From Deltaproteobacteria bacterium (GTDB lineage: Bacteria; Myxococcota_A; UBA9160; SZUA-336), in NCBI GenBank assembly GCA_031396695.1, contig JANNLG010000171.1, positions 6,053 through 70,052 on the forward strand: DNA of 64,000 bases, given 5' to 3'. The notes below the pieces were generated by a model. The model ran no database searches. It saw only the letters and a list, made by a program, of their open reading frames with translations, and was not told where the DNA came from. A program made the position numbers and the translations under genes. Shown here in pieces: positions 9,019-15,776 of the stretch (the stretch's first letter is position 1; each line of letters begins with the position of its first letter).

Positions 9019-9786
9019 GTGTTGCTTCTCTCCTGGAACGTGAATGGGCTGCGCGCCGCCGGCCGCGGCGGTTTTCTGGACTGGTTCGCAGGCCAGCGCC
9101 CGTTCGCGGTGTGCGTGCAGGAGATCAAGGCTCGGCCCGAGCAGCTCTCGGACGAGCTGCGCAACCCGCACGGCTACCACGCCTACTACCACTCGGCCGA
9201 GACGCCTGGCTACAGCGGTGTGGCCACCTTCACGCGTGAAGAGCCGCTCGCGGTGGTGCACGGCATCGGCTCGAAAGAGTTCGACCGCGAGGGCCGCGTG
9301 CTGCGCACCGAGTTTCGCGACTTCGTGCTGGTGAACGCGTATTTCCCGAACAGCCAGCGCGACCATGCGCGGCTCGACTACAAGCTGCGCTTCTGCTCGG
9401 CGATGCTGCGGCTGATGAACGGCTATCGGCGCTCCGGCAAGCACGTGCTCTTGTGCGGCGACTACAACATCTCGCACGCCGAGATCGATCTGGCGAACCC
9501 GCGCGAGAACCGCCTGAACGCGGGCTTCCTGCCGGAGGAGCGCGCCTGGATGGATCGCTTCCTGGCACGCCACGGCTGGATCGACACTTTTCGGAGTCGC
9601 TGCCCCGAGCCGGGGCACTACACCTGGTGGAGCAACCGGCCCGGCGTGCGCGAGCGGAACATCGGTTGGCGGCTGGACTACTTCGTCGCGAACCTCGAGC
9701 TGATGGACCGCGTCGCGCGCATCGAGCACCAGACCCAGGTGCGCGGCTCCGACCACTGTCCTGTGGCGCTGAAGGTGCGGGACTAG
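9019..9786 (+). CDS. xth: Exodeoxyribonuclease III (EEP-family AP endonuclease).
   Basis: GTG at 9019 gives VLLLSWNVNGLRAA..., the typical Xth N-terminus, with catalytic motifs CVQEIK, LCGDYNISH and SDHCPV at the C-terminus. About 255 aa. Confidence 0.85.
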   Translation: MLLLSWNVNGLRAAGRGGFLDWFAGQRPFAVCVQEIKARPEQLSDELRNPHGYHAYYHSAETPGYSGVATFTREEPLAVVHGIGSKEFDREGRVLRTEFRDFVLVNAYFPNSQRDHARLDYKLRFCSAMLRLMNGYRRSGKHVLLCGDYNISHAEIDLANPRENRLNAGFLPEERAWMDRFLARHGWIDTFRSRCPEPGHYTWWSNRPGVRERNIGWRLDYFVANLELMDRVARIEHQTQVRGSDHCPVALKVRD

Positions 9787-10616
9787 ATGTCGTAGGTCGG
9801 GTCGATCGAGCCCGACTCCGAATCCTTGTGCTTGACCTGGAGCTGCGGCGGCGTGATCTGCACGCGCGAGAAGGCCGGCACCGATTCGTGTAGCCAGACG
9901 TTGCCGCCGATCACCGAGCCCTCGCCGATCACGGTGTCGCCACCGAGGATGGTCGCGTTCGGGTAGATCGTGACGTCGTCCTCGATCGTCGGGTGGCGCT
10001 TCTTGCCGGAATCCAGCCTGCCCTGCTTGTTCGAGAACGCTCCGAGCGTGACGCCGTGGTACATCTTGACGCGGTTGCCGATCACCGCGGTCTCGCCGAT
10101 CACCACGCCCGTGCCGTGATCGATGAAGAAGTGGCAGCCGATCGACGCGCCGGGATGGATGTCCATGCCGGTCTTGCTCTTGGCGTGCTCGCTCATGATG
10201 CGCGCCGCGACCGGCGCGCCGAGTTCGTAGAGTACGTGCGCGATGCGGTAGGTCGAGACGGCGTACGCCGACGGATACGCGGCGATCACCTCCGCGTACG
10301 ACTTCGCCGCGGGATCTCCCTTGAAGGCGGCCTCGACGTCCATGCCCACGCAGTGCCGGATGTCCGGCAGATGCTCCAGGAACTTCGATGCGAGATCGGA
10401 GCCGATCAGCCCCGAGAGCAGGCCGTGCACGACTTCTAGATCGGAGTTGAGCCGCTCGTGCGGGGTCTGCTCCAGCACGATCGCGCGCAGATTCTCGAGC
10501 ACGTCGACCACCCGCCGGGTATCGGGGCAGGCCTGACGACGCGCAACGCTCACGGGATCGTTCTGATCGCGCTTGGCGATCAGATGATTCGCGATGGATT
10601 CGGTCAAGGTGGACAT
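9783..10616 (-). CDS. cysE: Serine O-acetyltransferase.
   Basis: ATG at 10616..10614 (MSTLTESIANHLIAKRD...). SATase N-terminal domain plus hexapeptide repeats (DIHPGASIGCHFFIDHGTGVVIGETAVIGNRVKMYHGVTLG). Confidence 0.9.
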   Translation of the reverse strand: MSTLTESIANHLIAKRDQNDPVSVARRQACPDTRRVVDVLENLRAIVLEQTPHERLNSDLEVVHGLLSGLIGSDLASKFLEHLPDIRHCVGMDVEAAFKGDPAAKSYAEVIAAYPSAYAVSTYRIAHVLYELGAPVAARIMSEHAKSKTGMDIHPGASIGCHFFIDHGTGVVIGETAVIGNRVKMYHGVTLGAFSNKQGRLDSGKKRHPTIEDDVTIYPNATILGGDTVIGEGSVIGGNVWLHESVPAFSRVQITPPQLQVKHKDSESGSIDPTYDI

Positions 10617-10728
10617 GTCTCGGACTCCCTTCACCTCTGACCTCCCGCCCCGGCGGAAGGTTACGCGTGGGCCCGGCATTTTCAAAGCGGGCCCGAAGCC
10701 CCATACTGGCCCGGCCTCTGGGGGGAGC

Positions 10729-11592
10729 GTGACCGAGTACAGCCACTCGCGCCTGTCGTCGTTCGAGAACTGCCCCCGCCAGTTCAAGTACCGCTACGTC
10801 GACCAGATCAAAGTCGACACCGAGGGCGTCGAGGCGTTCATGGGCAAGCGTGTCCACGAAATCCTCGAACGCCTCTACCACCACGTGGCGCGCAACGCGA
10901 AGCCGCCCAGCCTGGCGCAGGTGCTGGAGCGCTACAAGCAGGACTGGGAGCGGAGCTGGCACGCCAAGATCCAGATCGTGCGCAAGGAGAACTCGCCCGC
11001 GTATTACTCGGAGCGCGGCGCGCGCTGTCTGGAGAACTACTACCGCGGCCACTACCCGTTCACGAGCGGCGAAACGATCGCGCTCGAAGAGCGGCTGCGA
11101 CTCCGGCTCGACACCGATGGGCGTTACAAGATGCTCGGCATCGTCGACCGCATCGTGCGCACCGGCGACGGCGCGTTCGAGATCCACGACTTCAAGACCA
11201 GCGCGAACCTGCCGCAGCAGCGCAGCATCGACCGCGACCGCCAGCTCGCGCTGTACCAGATCGGGCTCGAGCAGACCTATCCCGACGTGAAGGAGGTCGA
11301 GCTGGTCTGGCACTACTTGATCCACAACAAGACGCTGCGCTCGCGGCGTTCGCCCGAGGCGCTGGTGGAACTGCGCCGGGCGACCATGGCGGTGATCGAC
11401 GCGATCGAGGCGGAGTCCGAGTTCCGCGCGCGGCCGGGGCCGCTGTGCCGCTGGTGCGACTACGCGAGCATCTGTCCCGAGGCGCCCGGGGCGGCGCGTT
11501 CGTCCGCTCCGGATCGGCCGGAGTTCGCCGCGCAGCTCGCGCCCGAGCCCGACGACGACTTCGGCCGCCAGCTCTCGCTGCTCGGGGATTGA
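10729..11592 (+). CDS. PD-(D/E)XK nuclease family protein (Cas4/RecB-like, with a 4-Cys cluster).
   Basis: GTG at 10729: VTEYSHSRLSSFENCPRQFKYRYVD... is the typical N-terminus. Catalytic ...DRIVRTGDGAFEIHDFKTS... and C-terminal CRWCDYASIC complete a Cas4/AddB-type Fe-S ligand set. Confidence 0.75.
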   Translation: MTEYSHSRLSSFENCPRQFKYRYVDQIKVDTEGVEAFMGKRVHEILERLYHHVARNAKPPSLAQVLERYKQDWERSWHAKIQIVRKENSPAYYSERGARCLENYYRGHYPFTSGETIALEERLRLRLDTDGRYKMLGIVDRIVRTGDGAFEIHDFKTSANLPQQRSIDRDRQLALYQIGLEQTYPDVKEVELVWHYLIHNKTLRSRRSPEALVELRRATMAVIDAIEAESEFRARPGPLCRWCDYASICPEAPGAARSSAPDRPEFAAQLAPEPDDDFGRQLSLLGD

Positions 11593-11617
11593 CGCCCGGC
11601 GGCCGATGAGAACCGCA

Positions 11618-12043
11618 ATGACACGGCTCCTGTGTCGCTGCATGGGGATGTCGAGCCAGTGCGTCGCGGATCGGGTCCGCGAGCGCGGACTCGGCGACGT
11701 GGAGTCGATCGCCGCGAGCCTTGGCGCGGGTGGCTGCTGCGGAAGCTGTCGACCCGACCTCGAGGAGATCCTCGCCGACCTGCGCGGGGAGCCATTGCCC
11801 GAACCCGTGCGCCGCGCCAACCGCCTGCGCGGCGAGGCCGAGGCCTTCCGCCGCGTGGAAGCCGTGCTGTTCGGCAGCATCGTCGCGCGCCTGCCGCCGG
11901 GCACGGAGCTCGAGCTCGTTTCCGTATCCGGTTTGCGCGCGGAGCTGCACGTTGCGCACGGGGACTCACCGGAGCTGCGCACGCTGGTCGCCGAACGCCT
12001 GCAGAAGCTCGTCTGCGTCGAGCTCGAGGTGCAGTTCCGCTGA
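11618..12043 (+). CDS. BFD-like [2Fe-2S]-binding domain protein.
   Basis: MTRLLCRCMGMSSQCVADRVRERGLGDVESIAASLGAGGCCGSCRPDLEEIL has the C-x-C...C-x2-C BFD-type motif, with an about 80-aa C-terminal extension. Confidence 0.6.
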   Translation: MTRLLCRCMGMSSQCVADRVRERGLGDVESIAASLGAGGCCGSCRPDLEEILADLRGEPLPEPVRRANRLRGEAEAFRRVEAVLFGSIVARLPPGTELELVSVSGLRAELHVAHGDSPELRTLVAERLQKLVCVELEVQFR

Positions 12044-12060
12044 TCGGGTAGACTGGCGCG

Positions 12061-12861
12061 ATGCGAGTCGAACGCATTCCGACGCTGCGCGACAACTACA
12101 CGTACCTGGTGATCGATCCGGCTTCGAACGAGGCGGCGGTGATCGACGCGCCGGAGGCCGCGCCGGTGATCGCGCGCGTCGCGAAGCTCGGGGTGCGCGT
12201 GACGAAGGTGATGTCGACGCACCACCACCTCGATCACAGCGGCGCGAATCCCGAGCTCGCCGCGCACTTCCGCGCGCCCGTGATCGGACACGCCTCCGAC
12301 GCCGCCCGCATTCCGGGCTTCACCACCGGCGTGGAGGAAGGCGAGCGCGTGCGCGTCGGCGCGCTCGAGGCCGACGTGCTGTTCATCCCGGCGCATACGC
12401 GCGGGCACGTCGCCTACGTGTTTCCCGGCGCCGTGTTCTGCGGTGACACGCTCTTCGCCGGCGGCTGCGGGCGGCTCTTCGAGGGCACCCCGCAGATGAT
12501 GCACGAGGCGCTGAACGTGAAGCTCGCGAAGCTCGCCGACGCGACGCTCGTCTACTGCGGGCACGAGTACACGGAGGCCAACCTGCGTTTCGCGCTCACG
12601 CTCGAGCCGGGCAACTCGGCGCTCGCCGCGCGCATCACGACGGTGAAGGCGCGCCGCGCGCACGCCGCGAGCGATTGGCACGACGCGACGGAGGCGGAGA
12701 TGACCGTGCCCTCGACGCTCGCCGACGAGCGCGCGACCAATCCGTTCATGCGTACGTCGGCGGCGGAGCTCGTCGCGAGCGTGCGCGCGCAGCTGCCCGG
12801 TACGTCGTCCGATCCCGTCAGCGTGCTCGGCGCGGTGCGCGCGCTGAAGGACAAGTTCTGA
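12061..12861 (+). CDS. gloB: Hydroxyacylglutathione hydrolase (glyoxalase II).
   Basis: MRVERIPTLRDNYTYLVID...THHHLDHSG... is the metallo-beta-lactamase fold HxHxDH motif, and the glyoxalase II C-terminus is present. Confidence 0.9.
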   Translation: MRVERIPTLRDNYTYLVIDPASNEAAVIDAPEAAPVIARVAKLGVRVTKVMSTHHHLDHSGANPELAAHFRAPVIGHASDAARIPGFTTGVEEGERVRVGALEADVLFIPAHTRGHVAYVFPGAVFCGDTLFAGGCGRLFEGTPQMMHEALNVKLAKLADATLVYCGHEYTEANLRFALTLEPGNSALAARITTVKARRAHAASDWHDATEAEMTVPSTLADERATNPFMRTSAAELVASVRAQLPGTSSDPVSVLGAVRALKDKF

Positions 12862-12884
12862 GCGAGCGCTGCTCATTCCTCGGG

Positions 12885-13508
12885 CTGTTCGCGTTGCTCT
12901 TGCTCTTGCCGATCGGTGCGTCCGCGGATCTCGGCCATCGACCGGAAGATCGGGTCACGCTCACACACGTCGACAACCAGGTCATCGCCGTCACCGCGTC
13001 GGGCTTCGCGGCGGTGCTCTCGAAGCTCGAGCTCGGCGAGTCGGTGATCGCGCTGCGCAGTCAGGGCAACGTCGGCGTCGCGGTCACGACGCGGCGCCTG
13101 CTCGCGATCCAGACCCGCGCCGCCAATTTCGTCGAGCTGCGCTACCGCGTTTCCGAGTCCGCGCCGAGCGAGCACGACCTGCAGGTGCGCGACGGCCTGA
13201 TCGTCGCCGCGTTCCCGGCGCGGATCCTCGCCTTCTCGCCGCAGATCGCCGCCTGGCAGGAGTTCGGGCTCGGGCCAGGCGAGAAGCCGATCGAAGTGAT
13301 CGCCGAGCAGAACGTCGCGGTGGTCGTCACGCCGCGCCGCGCGGTCGCGTTCTCGCCGCTCTCCGCCGGCTTCGTGCCTTATCCGCTGACGCCCGGCGAG
13401 GATCCGGAACGCAGCACGCTCGGCGACGACTCGATCACGCTGATCCTTCCGCACCGGGTGCTGATCTTCCGCGCGGGCGACTCGGCCTGGTCGAGCGTCA
13501 ATCGCTGA
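12885..13508 (+). CDS. Hypothetical secreted or lipoprotein-like protein with about 40-aa internal repeats. The start is a non-ATG codon (CTG 12885 or TTG 12894).
   Basis: In-frame continuation after the gloB stop: ...LFALLLLLPIGASA / DLGHRPEDRVTLTHVDNQVIAVTASGFAAV...VGVAVTTRRLLAIQ...LIVAAFPARILAFS...VAVVVTPRRAVAFS...ITLILPHRVLIF. It has a signal-peptide-like N-terminus and 4-5 degenerate repeats. No ATG or GTG is in frame. Confidence 0.5.
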   Translation: MFALLLLLPIGASADLGHRPEDRVTLTHVDNQVIAVTASGFAAVLSKLELGESVIALRSQGNVGVAVTTRRLLAIQTRAANFVELRYRVSESAPSEHDLQVRDGLIVAAFPARILAFSPQIAAWQEFGLGPGEKPIEVIAEQNVAVVVTPRRAVAFSPLSAGFVPYPLTPGEDPERSTLGDDSITLILPHRVLIFRAGDSAWSSVNR

Positions 13509-13653
13509 GATTTCCGAGCTGTCGAGGCGTTGACGATAACCGTCACCGGACTGACGGATCTGGTCCACATCGGGCCCTGCAGCGAGGCCGCGACAGTGTC
13601 GCCAGGCTCGAATATCCGCGGACTTCGTCGCGTCTGGTGCGTATGGCATACGT

Positions 13654-13669
13654 TGGCACGCCTGATGCA
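13654..13669 (+). promoter_or_regulatory. Candidate sigma-54 (-24/-12) promoter.
   Basis: TGGCACG-CCTG-ATGCA, with GG at 13655-56 and GC at 13667-68 at the correct 11-nt spacing. It differs at one position from the TGGCACG-N4-TTGCA consensus, and lies 36 nt upstream of the 13706 ATG. Confidence 0.4.
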
Positions 13670-13705
13670 AATCCTCAGGCTCGAAACAGAGGGGAGCATT
13701 TCGGC

Positions 13706-13930
13706 ATGGCACTGGTCGCGCACACGCTCAGGAATTTCGAGTCCGCGGAGCAGATCGCGGAGCCCGGCCACCCCGAGACGCTCACCCTGCTCGACCTTGT
13801 TTCTGCAATCGCGGACGAGGCCGAGACCGACGAAGAGGTCGTCGCCACGATCCAGCATCTGATCGAGACTGGAAAGGTCACCCTGGTCGGGAACTTCCGC
13901 TCGAACGACGTCGGCCGACGCAAGGACTGA
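13706..13930 (+). CDS. Small acidic hypothetical protein (74 aa).
   Basis: ATG at 13706 preceded by GAGGGGAG. MALVAHTLRNFESAEQIAEPGHPETLTLLDLVSAIADEAETDEEVVATIQHLIETGKVTLVGNFRSNDVGRRKD. Codon usage is protein-like, and it sits in a lower-GC pocket (13509-13940). Confidence 0.5.
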   Translation: MALVAHTLRNFESAEQIAEPGHPETLTLLDLVSAIADEAETDEEVVATIQHLIETGKVTLVGNFRSNDVGRRKD

Positions 13931-13943
13931 GCGCCGCTCAGAC

Positions 13944-15086
13944 CTACAGAGCCTTCGCCGCCTCTTCGAGCGCGACCACCACGTGATAGACGCTGGTCGC
14001 GTTCTGCGCGTCCGAGATCACGCGCCCGTCGCGCGCGAGCTGCTCGAACCAGCCGTGCGTCTTGGGATCGACGTGACGAGCGAAGCAGTAGCGCAAGCCG
14101 GCTTCCAGCTCGCGCCGCGCGATCGCGTCGCCCGTCGCCCGCGCGCGCGCGGCCAGCGCCTTGACGCGCTCGGTCTGCGGCCACAGTCGCTTGGTCACGG
14201 CGAGCGTCCGGCCCTCGGCGTCGATCTGGTCGAAGACTCCGCCGTCGGTGTCGACGCCCAAGCGGCGGCCGAACTCGAAGAGCCGATCGGACAGCGCGCG
14301 CGCCGCGTCGCTCGGCGCGAGCGACTGCAACCGATCGAGCAGCCAGACCCACTCGAAGTGATGCCCGGGCTCGACGATGCGCCCGGCATCGCCCGCGAGC
14401 GGCCGCCAGTGGGAGTCGAAGTGTTCGCCGAGCGCGCCCGTGCGCGCGTCGAGCCAGCGCGCGCCGAGCAGCTCCACGAGCGAGCGCGCGTCGCGCAGCG
14501 CGCCGCTGTCGGGCGCGACCTCGGCCAGCACCAGTAGCGCCTCGACCAAGTGCATGTGCGGGTTCTGTCGCCGCGGCCCCGCGAGCGGCTGCCAGTCCTC
14601 GCTCGCGGTCTCGAAGAAGCCACCCGAAACGGGATCGCGCAGCCGTTCGCGCAGGAGCTCGAGCGTCGCGCTCGCCAGCCGCAGGGACTCCGGCTCGCCG
14701 CTTGCCCGGTGGTGCTCGGCGAGCGCGAAGATCGCGAACGCATGCCCGTACAGATCCTTGCGTCGGTCGAGCGGCGCGCCCGCCTCGTCGGTGGTGGTGA
14801 ACCAACCGCCGAAGCGCGGGTCCCAGAAACGCGCGTGCAGGAACTCGAGTCCGTGCGCCACCGCGTTTCGCGCCCACGCGCCGGCGCCAAGTTCCGACGC
14901 GCGCGTGAACGCGAAGATCTGGCGCGCGTGGACCAGGAGTCGCTTGTGACCGTCGGGCAGCGGCGCCAGATCGGGTCCGAGCCGGTTCCAGTAGCCGCCG
15001 CGGTTGCGATCGAGACCGTGCCGTTCCCAGAGCGGCAGCAGCTCGTCGACCAGATGCGCGCGCAGCGTCAGGCGCGAGTGCTGCAT
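13944..15086 (-). CDS. N-acylglucosamine 2-epimerase (AGE) family epimerase/isomerase.
   Basis: ATG at 15086..15084 (MQHSRLTLRAHLVDELLPLWERHGLDRNRGGYW...). It has the alpha/alpha-6 barrel AGE-family pattern. The upstream 61 codons of the ORF are junk. Confidence 0.8.
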   Translation of the reverse strand: MQHSRLTLRAHLVDELLPLWERHGLDRNRGGYWNRLGPDLAPLPDGHKRLLVHARQIFAFTRASELGAGAWARNAVAHGLEFLHARFWDPRFGGWFTTTDEAGAPLDRRKDLYGHAFAIFALAEHHRASGEPESLRLASATLELLRERLRDPVSGGFFETASEDWQPLAGPRRQNPHMHLVEALLVLAEVAPDSGALRDARSLVELLGARWLDARTGALGEHFDSHWRPLAGDAGRIVEPGHHFEWVWLLDRLQSLAPSDAARALSDRLFEFGRRLGVDTDGGVFDQIDAEGRTLAVTKRLWPQTERVKALAARARATGDAIARRELEAGLRYCFARHVDPKTHGWFEQLARDGRVISDAQNATSVYHVVVALEEAAKAL

Positions 15087-15093
15087 CGCTCGC

Positions 15094-15435
15094 TCACGAC
15101 AGCGCGTCGGTGTAGGCCTCCGCGTTCCAACCGACCAGCAGCGTGTCGCCGACCACCAGCGCCGGCGCGCGCAGATTTCCGGTCGGCCCGAGGACGGCCT
15201 CGACGATCTCGTCGGGCGCTTTTCCGCCGGGCGTGAAGCTGCGCAGCGCTTTGCCTTTCGCCACGACAACGCGCCTCGCGGCCTTCACCAGCTTCGCGGC
15301 GTCGGCCTTGCCGAGCTTCTTGCTCGCAGAAACCGTCGCGACCGGCTCGATCTTCCTGGCGTCCAGAAACTTGGACGCTCGTTCGCAACTGGTTCAACCG
15401 TTGCGGTGGTAGTACCAGTCGATGCGCTTGGCCAT
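15094..15435 (-). CDS. ArsC/Spx/YffB-family thioredoxin-fold protein with an in-frame TGA at codon 14 (15396..15394). It is a candidate selenoprotein with a U-T-S-C redox motif. The ORF track shows only its C-terminal 64 aa (15094..15288).
   Basis: Minus-strand ATG at 15435..15433 is preceded by GGAGGG, then MAKRIDWYYHRNG-[TGA]-TSCERASKFLDARKIEPVATVSASKKLGKADAAKLVKAARRVVVAKGKALRSFTPGGKAPDEIVEAVLGPTGNLRAPALVVGDTLLVGWNAEAYTDALS*. It aligns by eye with YffB/ArsC-family proteins ([21 protein letters not shown]...KRPLL-x-GFS), with the TGA exactly at the first Cys of CxxC. A hairpin follows 15 nt downstream. Confidence 0.6.
15356..15393 (-). promoter_or_regulatory. Candidate bacterial SECIS-like hairpin immediately 3' of the in-frame UGA.
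   Basis: mRNA: UGA-ACCAGUUGCGAACGA-GCGUCCA-AGUUUC-UGGACGC. A 7-bp GC-rich stem has a 6-nt loop containing GU, and the stem begins 15 nt after the UGA. Confidence 0.35.
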
Positions 15436-15475
15436 GCGATCCACCCTCCGATTCGGAGATCGAGCTTAGCAAGCG

Positions 15476-15697
15476 TCAGGCGGGGACGGACTCCCCGCCC
15501 GCGAGACAGACGCTCGGGGCGCGCTGGCGGCGCTCGCCGTGGGTCTCGGCGAGCAGATCGTGCACCGTCTCGCGGCAGCCGCCGCAGCTCGAGCCCGCGC
15601 CGCACATCTCGGCGACCTGACAGGGCGTGCGAGCGCCCGCACGCGCGGCGTGCTGGATTTCGCGGTCGGTCACGGCGTGGCAGCTGCACACGATCAT
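15476..15697 (-). CDS. bfd: Bacterioferritin-associated ferredoxin (BFD-like [2Fe-2S] protein).
   Basis: ATG at 15697..15695: MIVCSCHAVTDREIQHAARAGARTPCQVAEMCGAGSSCGGCRETVHDLL shows the classic Bfd C-x-C...C-x2-C pattern and is about 73 aa. Confidence 0.75.
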   Translation of the reverse strand: MIVCSCHAVTDREIQHAARAGARTPCQVAEMCGAGSSCGGCRETVHDLLAETHGERRQRAPSVCLAGGESVPA

Positions 15698-15718
15698 GAC
15701 CGACAGCCTACCTCGGAT

Positions 15719-15737
15719 GATAATGACAATCAATTAC
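15719..15737. promoter_or_regulatory. Fur-box-like operator.
   Basis: GATAATGACAATCAATTAC matches the 19-bp Fur consensus GATAATGATAATCATTATC at about 15 of 19 positions. It lies in a low-GC intergenic region 22 nt upstream of the bfd ATG and is divergent from lemA. Confidence 0.45.
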
Positions 15738-15776
15738 CAAGTTGCCGGCGGCGCATCTGGCGAATACCCTGGCGGC

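Noticed and set aside
8359-12876. A 1505-aa ORF on the minus strand.
   Set aside because: It spans five independently supported genes on both strands (a hypothetical, xth, cysE, the nuclease and gloB). It is low-complexity R/A/G-rich and is a GC artefact.
13530-13862. A 110-aa ORF in the frame that continues past the repeat-protein stop codon. I considered stop-codon read-through or a second Sec site.
   Set aside because: Its translation is Ser/Arg/Pro-rich nonsense. It is out of frame with the plausible small acidic ORF at 13706, and there is no conserved motif around the TGA at 13506.
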